Positions 51,109 through 62,948 of a stretch of 64,000 bases of DNA are shown here, piece by piece. The DNA is from Hypanus sabinus (Eukaryota), in the NCBI RefSeq assembly GCF_030144855.1, contig NC_082722.1, forward strand, positions 20,584,001 through 20,648,000, written 5' to 3'. The translations under genes were made by a program, and so were the position numbers. The notes below the pieces were generated by a model. It saw only the letters and a list, made by a program, of their open reading frames with translations. It was not told the origin of the DNA and made no database searches. The stretch's first letter is position 1, and every line of letters starts with the position of its first letter.

Positions 51109-51619
51109 ATTAAATTAAATTTGTGAAAGCAAGGGAAGAAAGATAATCTCGAGGGCTTCTGCAGATGCTGGAAATCTTGAGGAATGCAAGGAAAAAATGA
51201 TTTAATTTATTGGGTAATGCAGTATGTATGAAGGTAAACAAACTGTCTATGTTTCTGGCCAAAACCGTTTATCAGGAAAGCAAAAGAAGGAGTCAGAAGC
51301 TAGAATAAGAGATGGGGACAGAATACAAGATGGCAGGTGATAGGAGAAAACACGTGAGTAAGAAAGTGTGTGGATACTGTGGGATGGAATGACGACGGAG
51401 CTGGGAGATGATGAGTGGAAAAGGAAAATGGTGCAAGAAAGAACCGGATAGGAGGAGAGAGTGGACCCTGGAAGAAATGGAAGATGAAGGGGCACCAGTG
51501 GAGGTGATGGGCAGATAAGAAGAGAGGAAGTGAAAGGAAACCACAATTGGGAATAGAGGAAAAAGAGAAGGGGATGATTAAATGTATCAACATTTACTGA
51601 TATCAATGTTCATATATAT

Positions 51620-52960
51620 ATATATGAATTGTTATCGATTACTAGGAATGAGATTACAGAGTGCCTGGAGGCACTTGACAAGGTAGGCCAATGCCAGCAT
51701 GGTTTCCCGTATGGAACAGTCAGCCTGATTAACCTACTGCAATTTTTTGAGGAAATTACAATCAGGGTGGCAAAGGACATGTGGTAGATGTGGTATACTT
51801 GGGTTTTCAGACTGTCTTTATCAAGATGTCCCACATGAAGCTCCCTAACACGATAAGAGCCCATGAAATTACAGGAAAGTTACAAGCATGGGTGGAGCAT
51901 TGGCTGATCGGCAGAAAACAGAGAATGGAAGAAAAGGGTCATAATTCTGGCCGGTGACCAGCAGTGTTCCACAGGGGTTGGTGTTGCGACCTCTTATTTT
52001 TATGATGTACATTCTGATTTTGAATATGCATTAATAGATGTGTGGCGAAATTTATCGATAATACAAAGATAGGTGGAGGAGTGGGAAGTGTTGAGGAAAT
52101 AGAGAGCCTGCAGACAGACTCAAACAGTTCAGGGGAATGGGCAAAGAAATGGCAAATACATCACAATGTTGGAAAGTGTATGGGGATGCACTTTGGTGGA
52201 AGAAATAAACGTGCAGCCTATTATTTGGATGGGGAGAAATTCAAAATGCAGAGATCCCAAAGGACTTGGGAGTCCCTGTCCAGGATATCCGATAGGTTAA
52301 ACTCCTGGTTGAGTCGGTGGTGAAGAATGTGAATGCAATGTTAGCATTCATTTAGATAAGTATAGAATATAAGTGCAGGGAGGTGATGTTGAGGTTTTAT
52401 AAGGCTTTCGTGAGACTGCACTCAGAGTATAGTTTGCAATTTTGGGCTCTTTATTTCAGAAAGGATGTACTGACATTGGAGAGCAGTCAGAGAAGATTCA
52501 CAAGAATGAAACGTTTACGGTATGAGGAACGTCTATGTTTATTCCCTAGAGTTCAGGAGAATGAGTGGGGATCTCACAGAAACATTCCGAGTATTAAAAG
52601 GCCAGAACAGATTAGATTTGGTAAAGTTATTTTCCATGGCAGGGGAGTCTAGGACAAAAGGGCAAGACATCAGGATTGAAGGACGTCCATTTGGATAAAG
52701 ATGAAAATTACTTTAGTCACAGGATGGTAAATATGTGGAATTTGTTGCCCTGAGCGGCTATGGAGGCCAAGTTACTGGGTGCATTTGCGGCAGAGGTAGA
52801 TAGGATCTTGGTTAGCCAGGGCATCAAAGGGTATGGGGAGAAGGGAAGGAAGTGGGGATAACTGGAAGAATTTTTATCAGCCCATAGCCCATGATTGAAT
52901 GGCGGAAAACACTCGATGATCCGAATGGCCTACTTCTGCTTCAATATATTATGGTCTTTT
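51620..52960 (+). mobile_element. CR1 RT and 3' end, degenerate
   Basis: 'AKFIDNTKIGG', 'RLHSEYSLQFWALYFRKDVLTLESSQRRFTRM'; CR1-type 3' end 'gaatggcctacttctgct'. Confidence 0.85.
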
Positions 52961-52974
52961 ATTTATATATATAG

Positions 52975-53230
52975 CGTGGCTCGGTAGCGTAGCAGCTGGC
53001 GTAGCACCATTACACAGCAGTGATCCAGGTTTAATTCCCCTACCCGAGTAATTAGTGTGATTCTACGTTTTCCCATGATCATATGATTTTCATTGGGCGG
53101 TAGGGTTTTTTCCCCACATTCTGAAGACGTACGTGGGTGTCGGCTCATTGGTCATAGGAGTATACTTCGGCAACACAAACTAGTTGGGCCGGGCGGCTCT
53201 GTTACCGTGTTATATCTCTGAAGTAAATTA
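52975..53230 (+). mobile_element. tRNA-derived SINE, degenerate (V-SINE/HE1-like)
   Basis: A-box-like 'tggctcggtagcgtagc', B-box-like 'ggtttaattcc', core 'ccccacattctgaagacgtacg'. Confidence 0.65.
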
Positions 53231-53499
53231 ATATGTTATTCATGTCAATCTCTCTGCTTTACCTGAGAATAGATAATGCGCTCTCCTTGTTGTCGACCTT
53301 TGCGAAATCCTTTGCTCTGCCTTAAGTTTAGTGAAACATAGGCAACTGTCTGCTCAACCGCAGCTTGTTCAGCCTGTTAGGGAAACAAATTTAATATTGA
53401 TAACTGATATAAAGGTCAGTGATCATGAACTTAGTTTCACTCGGAGTATCTAATAATACAAAAAGGATTTAAAATGCTTTGAATAACATCTTGTCTGCG

Positions 53500-54530
53500 T
53501 ATAATAATATTGTGCATGTCTATTGACTGGAGGTGGGATAACAATTCAAGCAGAGTAATCAGAAAAACTGGGGCTCCACAGGGGACTGTCCTGTATCCCT
53601 TTCTCTTCACCATCTACACCTCGGACTTGAACTACTGCACAAATTCTTGCCATCTTCAGAAGTTTTCTGATGACTCGGCAATAGCTGGATGCATCAGAAA
53701 GGGAGATGAGGCAGAGTACAGGGCTACGGTGGGAAATCGTGGTAACATGGTGTGAGCAGAATCATCTGCAGCTTAATGTGAAAATGACTAAGGAGCTAGT
53801 GGTGGACCTGAGGAGTGCTAAGATACCGATGACCCGTTTCCATCCAAGGGGTCAGTGTGGACATGGTGGAGGATTGCAAATAACTGGAGATACGAATTGA
53901 TAATGAACTGGACTGGTCAAAGAACACTGTGGCTGTCTACAAGAAGGGTCAAAGCCGTCTCTACATCCTGAGGAGACTGAGGTCCTTTAACATCTGCCGG
54001 ACGATGCTGAGGATGTTCTACCAGTCTGTGGTGGCCAGTGCTATCATGTTTGCTTTTGTGTGCTGGGGCAGCAGGCTGAGGGTAGCAGACAGCAACAGAA
54101 TCAACAAACTCATTCGTCATGCCAGTGATGTTGCGGGGGTGGAAATGCACTCTCTGATGGGGGTGTCTGAAAAAAGTATGCTGTCCAAGTTGCATGCCAT
54201 CTTGGATAATGTCTCCCATCCACTCCATAATGTACTGGTTAGGCACAGGAGTTCATTCAGCCAGAGACTCATTCCATCGAGATGCAAAACTGAGCGCCAT
54301 AGGAAGTCATTCCTGCCTGTGGCCATCAAACTTTACAACTCCTTCCTCGGAGTGTCAGACACCGTGAGCCAATAGGCTGGTCCTGGACTTATTTCCACCT
54401 GGAATAACGTACTTATTATTATTTTATTCATGGTTTTATATTGCTATATTTCTGCACTATTCTTAGTTGTTGCGACTGTAACGAAACCCAATTTCACTCG
54501 AGATCAATAAAGTATGTCTGTCTGTCTGTT
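53500..54530 (+). mobile_element. Rex1/Babar-like LINE 3' part
   Basis: 'TGAPQGTVLYPFLFTIYTSD...LQKFSDDSAI'; 'KKGQSRLYILRRLRSFNICRTML...SHPLH'; tail caataaagta(tgtc)n. Confidence 0.88.
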
Positions 54531-56232
54531 CCAGCTGGAAATCGCTATGTTTACTTTAGATTTCCAAACAACCACTAAAGATCATTTTATCAATTGGATG
54601 GATTTCTCAGGACTGGGCATTTCTCTTTTTTTTTCATCTGTTTTGTCATAACCCTTATGCCCTTCTGTTTTGTGCATGAACTTTATCCGATGTGTTTCAC
54701 TTATGCGCCCCACCAAATTATTATAATTATTGGCATGACCAGATTTCGTAACCCCGGTGCAATTAGGATCTGTGACCTTTCAGACTCGGATTATCTATAT
54801 AAAGGACATTTGAACAAATGACAATACTTGATGTACTGTTCCAGCCTGGTTTAACTGAGGTAGCAAATACGTGAAGGGCATCTTGCCCGCTGTTGAACGG
54901 ATTCGTTTTCCTGGTGAATCTGTTAAAATTACAATGGAATAAACAGCATTTGGACATGCCCGTCGCAGTAAATCTTTAAAATAGCGTTTGTTCTGGCTGA
55001 AATAATGGCATAGCATTCCAGAGCAATAAATCAACAGTAATAAAGTTATCTGGAACGTTCTTGCTTCAACATAAATATTACTCTCAGAAGCGGTTCTTCA
55101 TTCAGGAAGGGCTAACAACGCTGATGGAAGTTTCAACGGAGTTCTACTATCATGACGCCAGTGATATACGACAACCTTGTTATGGTGATTAGAAAAGATG
55201 CTGCAGCAGCTACCCTTACGGAAAAGTAAAAATATGCGCAAAAATTGGGAAGGCGATTAATGGAAGACAAAAAGTCGTTTCCAGCCCTAGACAGGTGGTT
55301 ATACAACCAATAAAGATCTAATAAATGCTAACAGGAGAATCCAGGTGGAACACGTTTAATAACATTGAATTGCTAAAACTCTGAAGTAAAACAAACAAAT
55401 AAAACACACAGTAGATCGGGAAACACGAGAGCAAAAGAGAAACACTTAACGTTTATGTCGCTCTATGGGGAAAGGTTTTCAACCTGAAAGGACAACGTTT
55501 TCTCTTTTCAATATATCGTTAGAGAGTTTTAATTCTGGATGAAATCCAAAATGCATACAATACATTTATAAGTTTCAGGCATTATTTTCAAACCTGCGGA
55601 AAGTAATCATTCAGCTTAGCCTCATGGAGCATGGAGTTTCGTTAACATGCGCGTATCACTATGCACCAGGCCCTGCACGGTTTATTGGAAGCATATAGGA
55701 TTCCATTGCAGGTTATGCACTGCTCTGTACATCGTTGTTGGGAATCGGGGTTAAAAACTGCGTATGACTTTCCAAAACTAGATTTCATTGCATTTTTAAT
55801 CTTGCCTACCGTGCTGACAAATCAATGTAACATATATCGCGACATGATTCGTGCGTGTACTGTCTTTTCTCCATTGACCAGTACACCGTTATTCTCTTAA
55901 ACCGACATTTGACATCTAAAAAAAATCTCAACCTTAAATTTGTATTTAATGATTCGTCACACGAAGTATGATTAACAGCCTAACTTACATATGTATATAT
56001 TATCTTTCATCATAGTGCACCCGGTTATGAGCTAGTGTGGAATCCTGAAAGTCTATGTGAACCAGATTCAACAGGAATATTCAAAACCATCTTGGATATA
56101 TACTTCAAAATAAAGAGCTGTCGGCGGGTTCATTCTTCCCTACGGAATTCCAAATGTTAGAACAAAGTAAATATATAAATACGCTGCTATATGTATACGC
56201 CACTCTGAAAAAAGACAAGCCACTTCACCTAC

Positions 56233-56276
56233 CGTCTCTTCATTCTGACATCTGTCCAAAGAACTTGTGTTGCTCC
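56233..56276 (-). CDS. Exon 6 (cytoplasmic, 44 nt, phase 1 to 0) of the V(J)-C1 receptor
   Basis: tttattttattttttcttaag|GG AGC AAC...GAG ACG|gtaggt; encodes (R)SNTSSLDRCQNEET. Confidence 0.6.
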
Positions 56277-56615
56277 CTTAAGAAAAAATAAAATAAATCA
56301 TTTGCATTATAAAAATCGGACATTATTCGTTAGACAGCAATCGAATTCATCGCATACGATAAACTGCTGAATTTATGGATTTTTAAAATGTATTTTGTGT
56401 TATCAGTTGTCTTAATACAATGCATCAGCATCACGGCACTACGCTCAAGTGTCTTCGACATTTAACAAAGCTGTAAAGTGTAACAGCACGTGAGTAGCGG
56501 TATTATATTGGAATACTGTCGCTAAGATGGAAATTAAAATCAATAAGGCATACACGAGTTAGTCAATGTTCTTTTTACAGTCACAGTAAGCCTAGACCTA
56601 CACCCATTTGCTTAC

Positions 56616-56654
56616 TTTTCAAAATTGGATCTGCCATTCTATTGAAAACGATAT
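56616..56654 (-). CDS. Exon 5 (cytoplasmic, 39 nt, phase 1 to 1)
   Basis: ccctttggaatacttcag|AT ATC GTT...TTG AAA A|gtaagc; encodes (D)IVFNRMADPILK. Confidence 0.6.
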
Positions 56655-56913
56655 CTGAAGTATTCCAAAGGGATATAACGACATTTATGATCACGATATA
56701 GCATGAAATTCCGGAGAGTGCACTGGTGAAATCATTGCATTTTAAGATCCAGCTTGTGTTGTGCCTGATGATTATCAATGTAATCAGGTCCGAATATCAC
56801 AATCTATGTCTAATCATGCTGTAATAACATTTATTCTTTTTGAAGTTAAATATCTTTAGCGCGTCTATATTGCACGAGAAGAGCTGACATTTCTCAGCGA
56901 TCAGGGTTCTTAC

Positions 56914-57024
56914 CGTGCGATTTTTTGAACTTGACTTTCACCAAAACTATTATCAGAACTAAGATTGCCGATCCGCCCGCTGCACATGCCAGAATGAATT
57001 TAGTTTCAGGGCCTTCTGGATCGA
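56914..57024 (-). CDS. Exon 4 (transmembrane, 111 nt, phase 1 to 1)
   Basis: tttcttgtctccccccag|TC GAT CCA...TCG CAC G|gtaaga; (V)DPEGPETK-FILACAAGGSAILVLIIVLV-KVKFKKSH: 20 uncharged residues followed by a basic stop-transfer. Below the ORF-track cutoff. Confidence 0.85.
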
Positions 57025-57619
57025 CTGGGGGGAGACAAGAAACTGTGAAGCATTTATAGAACTAAATACAAATGCACATATGTCAATTAACAATGTTAAA
57101 TATTTTATAGGCTCCTTTCAAATTTCACTGCACAATAACTGAAAATATATCATAAGACACACAATGCAAATGTCGACCTTTGTTATATCACGATGTGTTC
57201 TAAAGTCTAATGTTTAATTTGTCGCCATTTCGGCAAATGTTCAGAAGTTTGCTACCTCACAAATACTGCACGAATTCAATTCCCTAATTAGTCCTACACG
57301 ATTTAAGCTAACGGAATAACACATTAGCTTTTGAACAGCTTTCACGTTGAATATTCACTGTCCATTACTAAGCTTTAAAAACAGCCATTCCACCGTGTTT
57401 GGGTAGCTGTTCAGTTACTGTTCTTACAAGGGCTTATTAACCCCACCACTATGATTTGTAAGCTCTTCCATCTTATATTGAGCGCAAAAGATTCTGAACA
57501 TCCTAAAATCCAGAGAAACTCATAAAATCCTGAAAGAACTCAGCCGATCAGGCAGATCTAAATTGTCGACACTTAAGGTCCAGATCCAACGTCAGGACTT
57601 CATCAAGACGCCATCTTAC

Positions 57620-57913
57620 CTTGCTCCAGGATGTAGCTGAAACTGGCAGTCACCGTGAGGGAGACATGCGATACCAGGCAGGTGTAAACGTCTTTTCCCC
57701 AAGGAGTCTGCGTGATTTCCAATGAACTAAAAGCTTCGTACAAGCCATTCAAGCTCCGGTTTGTCGAAAATTTTATTCCAGTTCGAATTTGCTTGTTATT
57801 TCTTTGCCAAACGATTACTAATTTCTCCGGGTAGAAGGCAGCCGTTTTACAAAGGAGCTTTCGAGGAGACGAAAGTCCTCCAACAGGAACAATTTCCAAT
57901 GGAGCTGGAGGAG
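57620..57913 (-). CDS. Exon 3, C1-set Ig domain (294 nt, phase 1 to 1)
   Basis: ctttctttttattcaag|CT CCT CCA...GAG CAA G|gtaaga; 'LLCKTAAFYPEKLVIVWQRN...GLYEAFSSLEI...YTCLVSHVSL' carries the C1 hallmarks C, FYP, W and YxCxVxH. Confidence 0.92.
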
Positions 57914-59279
57914 CTTGAATAAAAAGAAAGTTATCTTGGGTATTTTCGATCCATTTCAATGCAGGTAGATTCCTTCATTTCCCCATCAACTAGCATGACA
58001 CTCAACTTTCAAATAGGTTACCCGCCAGTATTAACCAGTATTTAATAAATTATTTCAATTTCACATTCTGTTCCTTGTAGCTCAACTATACACACACATC
58101 TCTAAGCGAAACATGGTTCTTCTTGGGCAAATTTGCAAATACAGTACAGTATATGTAGTCACACACAAGACATGCAGTTACCATCTTGCACAGAGAGTCA
58201 CAAAACAAGCAAAGTAAAATACCTTGGGAAATGGATGAAAAGAAGAGTTCAGAGAATACACCTCAACGGCGAAGCTAAGAGGTCCGAAGTGCAGAAGACT
58301 TTCTCTTTTGAATGGTATTTGAGCTTTATTGCACATTTGGGCTTGTGGCGACCGTTAGCTTTGGAAAGCTGGCTACTTTTGGATTTTGCATTTCGTATCA
58401 AGGCTGTGCTACAAAACCCAAAATATCACAGATTTCTATAGTACAAATGCACATGGAGTTTAATATTCTGGTCGCTCAACTGCTCAGGGTGTTCCGGATC
58501 TTGGGCTTGAGATTTCAAGTCATAAACATTCAGTAACGGAGCTATCCACTGAAAGTGAAGCATTCCTGCAACAGATCCCCCATATTGAATGTGGCAAATC
58601 ATCTCCTCCGTGAAACAACCAGGAACGCAAATGCAAATTAGTATTAGCGGCATTGATTTTTTAGTTCCATTCTTTCTAACAGCTGAAGTCCTCCACCAAA
58701 ATTGTCGACAGTGACTTAGTGCTGCTATAGGATCGTTTGTGGAAATGATGAGCAAAATGTTAAGGTTTTGTAAATGTGGACTGCTTCCGCTACGGCTATG
58801 GTCGGTGTCTACCAGGGGCAATTCGATAGTTAGATTGCTTTATCCGTTTATCACAGCAGGTAGGATTCTGCTCTGCCTAGAAAAGCCATCTGGAGCTCTC
58901 GGTTGCCTATACTGACCTCAACGTTCTTGGACTTCTCAGATTCTCGGTGAAAGGAATCCTATGGGGGAAAACATCGAAGGGCTTATGCAAATACACTCAG
59001 CATAAAGGGAGAGCGACAGAAATTATTTATCCATTTGAAAACCAGCGGGTTCAACAATGCATGGAGCAGAAGGAGATGTGGGGAGATCTGCTATATTTCC
59101 ATTTGTATTTACTCGGGAGACGTACATAGAGACTATACAACTAAGGCAAAATAGAAGAAATGTCATAGCCCAATGCCATGCACATATTAGAGGATCCATG
59201 TGCAGAAGTCCCCAGAACATGGCAAGATGTCCCATCTGACCTCATTGGAAGCTAGTGTAGAAAGTGAAAATGGCCTGAT

Positions 59280-60790
59280 AGAGGTATTCAGAATGTCCTT
59301 ACTCGTGGGAGAGGTGTCGGAAGGCTACTGTATAACTACTGTTTTCAGACCATATGACTATTTCATATAGGAGCCGAATTAGATTCACCACACTCTAGCG
59401 ATAGATATTCCTCTTCATCTCCTTTATAACAGGATTCCCCTGTATTCTGAGTCTGGGTCCTCTGGTCTATATTCTCCCATCATAGGAGACATCCTCCCCA
59501 GATCCACACTATCAAGTATTGCCATCTTTCAATAGGTTTCAATGTAGTCGTCCTTTTTTTCTGAATTCTAGTGAAAGTAGGCCCAGAGCCATAAAACGCA
59601 TTCATATGATCAGCTATTTAATTATGGAATCATTGCTCTGAACCTCCTTTGAACCTTCTCCAGTTTCAGCACATTCTTTTCAAGATAAGGGGTCTAAAAC
59701 GGCTCACGATGTGTCATGGCGCCTTACCTGTGCTTTATAAAGTCTCACCCTCATATCCTTGCTATTTTATTCTAGTCCTCTTGAAATGAGCGCTCTTATT
59801 CCATTTACCTCCCTGAACACAGACTCAACCTTCAAATTAACCTGTATGGAATACTGCACACGGACTCCCAACTCCCTTTACACCTCTATGTTTTTGTATT
59901 TTTTATCCAGTTAGAAAACAGTCAAAGCTGGCACACCTTCTACCAAAGTGCATGACCACACTCTTCTCGACACTGTATTCCATCTGCAAATTCTTTGACT
60001 ATTCTCCGAATCCGTCTATGTCCTTATGTGCCCTCTCTATTTCCAAATCACTACATGCCTGTCCACCTATCTTCATATCGTCTGCATACTTTGCAACAAA
60101 GCCATCAATTCCATAATCCAGATCATTGACATACAACCTTAAAAGGATCGGTTACAACACGGACCCCTGTGGAAAACCATTAGTCACGGGCAGTCAACCA
60201 GAAAATGCTGCCTTTATTCCCATTCTTTGTCTCTTTCAAACCAGCCACTGCTTTATCCATCCTGGAATCTTTCTTGCAAAATTTTGGGCTCGTAGCCTGT
60301 TAACCAGCCTTGTGCACGGTACCTTGTCAAAGGTCTTCTGAAAATCCAAGTACACAACAAACGATTCTACCTATCTTTATCTATCCTGCTTCACATTCCG
60401 TCACATAATTCCATCACATTTCTTAGGCGAGAGTTTCCCTTCAGTAAATCATGCTGAATATGATGTGTTTTATTGTGTGCTCCAAGTAACATAAGACCTG
60501 ATCCTTAATAACGGCCTCACCATCTTGTCAACCAGTGAGGTAGTCTGATTAGCCTACAGATTCCATTTTCTGCCTCTCTGCCTTCTTGAAGAGTTGAGTG
60601 ACATTTGCAATTTTCCATTCTATCAGAGCCATTCAGGAATCTAGTAATTCTCGAAAGTCCTTTAGTAATGCCTCTGCAATCTCATCAGCAACTTTTATCA
60701 AAATCCTGGGATGTACATCATCTGGTCCAGGTCAATTAAGTACATTCAGACCTTTCAGTTTTCCAAGAACTAGCTCTCCAATTATGTCTC
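59280..60790 (-). mobile_element. CR1 RT and 3' end (intronic)
   Basis: Reverse complement of CR1 RT motifs ('cggacccctgtggaa', 'cgtctgcatactttgcaacaaagcc', 'ttgtcaaaggtcttctgaaaatc'). Confidence 0.75.
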
Positions 60791-60899
60791 TAGTTTTGCT
60801 GTTGTTAATGGTAGACTCTTGGAATAAGCCAGGATATTATAGACTAGCTGGTATTACAGGAAAGTGGGTAATTTATTGAAAGTTATTCTAAACAATGGG

Positions 60900-61890
60900 A
60901 TATATAAATAAATAGATAAACTGGGCTTTATTGGGAATATACAATATTATTTAGTGCAAGGTAGGCTGTGTTTAAACAATCTTAATAAGCTTTTCGAGCG
61001 GATTACCATTGATCTTGACGAAGGATAACAGTGGATTTGGTCAACATGGATTTTAGCTTTTAGAACAGTCCTGCATTGGGGTGGTGGGCTTATCAAGTAC
61101 GTTTGCTTGGCATGCAGGATGAAGAAGTAAGTTGTATCCAACATTGACTTCGCGGGAAAAGACAGAGTATGATAGTAGATATTTGTTGTTTGAACGAAGG
61201 CCTCTGATTAATGCTGGGTCGCATGGCTATCAAAGCTCAAAGCGAGTTATGGACCAGGTGGGCTGAAAATGGCAGCTAGAATTTAATGAGAGTAATTATA
61301 AGCTATTGCACTTTGAGAAGACAAACCACTCTCGAATATACCCAATGAACGAGACTGGCATTGAGTGTCGTGAAAAATGCTCTTGGAATATAGATCGATA
61401 ATTCGTTGAAACTGGAGTCAAAGTCAGATGGTGTCGTTAGGATAACCTTTGTCATATTGGCCTTCATATATCAGAGTATTGAGTGTAGAAATTGGGTTGC
61501 TATGCTGAAGGTGTATTAGACATTAGTGAGAACAATTCTGGAATATTGTTCGCAATTCTGCTTACGTATCTGCAGGAAGGTTATCAATAAGATTGAATTA
61601 GTACAAAGAAAACTTAAAAAAATATGTGGCATGAATTTGAGGATATAAATTATGAGGAAAAGTTTAACAGGTTAGGATATTCTTCCATGATTCTTAAGAG
61701 AATGAGCGAACATTTGATAGAGGTATACAAAATTAGGAAGAATATAGATATGGTCCATCTAATCCTACTTCATCCACTGAGGCTGGCTAAGAATGTAATT
61801 AGAAGTCATAGCTTAAGTGTGAAATGAGAAGTATTAAAGGCGACCCTGACGGAAAACGTCTTCACTCAGACGGTGATGGTTTTGTGGAAG
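60900..61890 (+). mobile_element. Degenerate CR1 RT and 3' fragment (intronic)
   Basis: 'gtgtttaaacaatcttaataagcttttcgag', 'gagtattgagtgtagaaattgg', 'ctggaatattgttcgcaattctg'. Confidence 0.65.
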
Positions 61891-62324
61891 TGTTGAATGC
61901 GGGTTTACGCTCGACTCTCTGCCCTTTACTATCAAAATTCATCTCGATTTTGAGAGGACTATATATCTCCCCGTTTTGTGTGGTGAAAGAAGTATAGAAT
62001 TGCTAATCCTGCTTGACAAAAGTTGGAATGACAATTTGCAGTGCATGCAACAAATTGTTACTTGATGTTGGAATTAACTCGTTTGGAGCTGAGTATTATT
62101 CCTCTCTACTTGTTGATGTGGAAATGGTACATTTTGCTGCTGCATAGATATTATTCTATTTAAGTATTAATAATTTGCATCCTCTAAGATGACGAATCGA
62201 ATTATCCAACTCCAGCTATTCATATTAATATTAACATTATGCCAGTCTCTTGCTTGCAAAACAATCCTAACCTTGCTTAATGCAAAATGCACAGTGCCGA
62301 AAATCTCCAAACACCTGCACTCAC

Positions 62325-62630
62325 CGAATACAGTAAGCTTGGTGCCACAGCTACTCCTGATAAATTGTTCCTGAAACTTTACTTCACAGTAATACAGTCC
62401 GGAGTCGGCGACTGTGACATTCCAAAGTACAAGTGTTCCCCTTCCCCTTTCTACAGGAATTTGTCTTCTGCTGTTCTCTTCTAAAAATGCCTTCCCGCCT
62501 TGCCTCCGCCAACGAACGTCAACAGTATCTTGTGATAGTGGAAATTTGCAGAACATGGTAGCATTCGCACCACCCGGGACGTCCAGGTCCCTAGGGAACT
62601 GAGATACTTCGCCCGCAGTCACTTTGACGG
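62325..62630 (-). CDS. Exon 2, V-set Ig domain with germline J-like G strand (306 nt, phase 1 to 1)
   Basis: cttatttttccggcag|CC GTC AAA...GTA TTC G|gtgagt; 'VSQFP...ANATMFCKF...VRWRRQ...GTLVLWNVTVADSGLYYCEV...SSCGTKLTVF' carries B-strand C, C-strand W, DxGxYxC and GTKLTV. Confidence 0.93.
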
Positions 62631-62833
62631 CTGCCGGAAAAATAAGCAACAGTGTTAGTAACAGTTAAACACGATGAATTAACAAAAACTAAAAACGTAC
62701 GTCACTGGACTTCTAAGAGCGAAAGACGGACGAATAGCTGAAACACTGTAACCAGATATGCTGCGGGCATCCAGGATTAAATATTCTAAAATAGAATATT
62801 CAGTTCGGAAGCGGCAAGTATAAATCAGCATAC

Positions 62834-62888
62834 TTAGCCAAGTAATAGCCAGAAGCGCAATGTACGAAACCGGGAATTTCTCCAACAT
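62834..62888 (-). CDS. Exon 1, leader peptide (55 nt, phase 1)
   Basis: ATG TTG GAG AAA...TGG CTA A|gtatgc; MLEKFPVSYIALLAITWL; 203-nt intron to the V exon; the spliced product continues TVKVTA-GEVSQ, a plausible signal cleavage region. Confidence 0.8.
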
Positions 62889-62948
62889 CTTACAGAAACC
62901 GAATCGACCAATTCCTGCAATGCAAGTAGTATTTTAAAAGCAATTGCT

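Larger units (their letters stand above)
46486..51540. repeat. Tandem duplication of an about 2.3-kb unit carrying the ITIM exon (copy B 46486-48798; copy C 48799-51540)
   Basis: Each unit starts 'gttctct(gt)acctactccccaccatc' and shares anchors in order ('gctgacctgatgagcaaca', 'gtgccctgggatttctgtta', ITIM exon, 'cctcagtcacacctg', 'gataatctcgaggg', Penelope fragment). Confidence 0.88.

Noticed and set aside
55130-55215. TCR-like TM with Arg ('ASFLITITRLSYITGVMIVELR*')
   Set aside because: Lies downstream of the real TM and cytoplasmic exons, is only weakly hydrophobic, and its frame does not match the phase-0 donor of exon 6.
56581-56778. ORF with hydrophobic stretch 'ALSGISCYIVIINVVISLW' as TM exon
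   Set aside because: No phase-1 acceptor upstream of it; a better TM exon with strong splice sites exists at 57024-56914. Only the 39-nt tail of this ORF is used as exon 5.
58426-58821. 131-aa intronic ORF with 'MPLILICICVPG'
   Set aside because: No recognisable domain, no convincing splice sites, and located in the V-C1 intron; probably a chance ORF.
62290-62320. Perfect RSS heptamer CACAGTG 30 nt into the intron after the V exon
   Set aside because: It is on the plus strand (wrong orientation for a V 3' RSS of a minus-strand gene) and has no nonamer at 12 or 23 nt (AAACACCTG matches 3 of 9). The J-like strand is already in the exon. The TACTGTG at YYC is simply codon-imposed.
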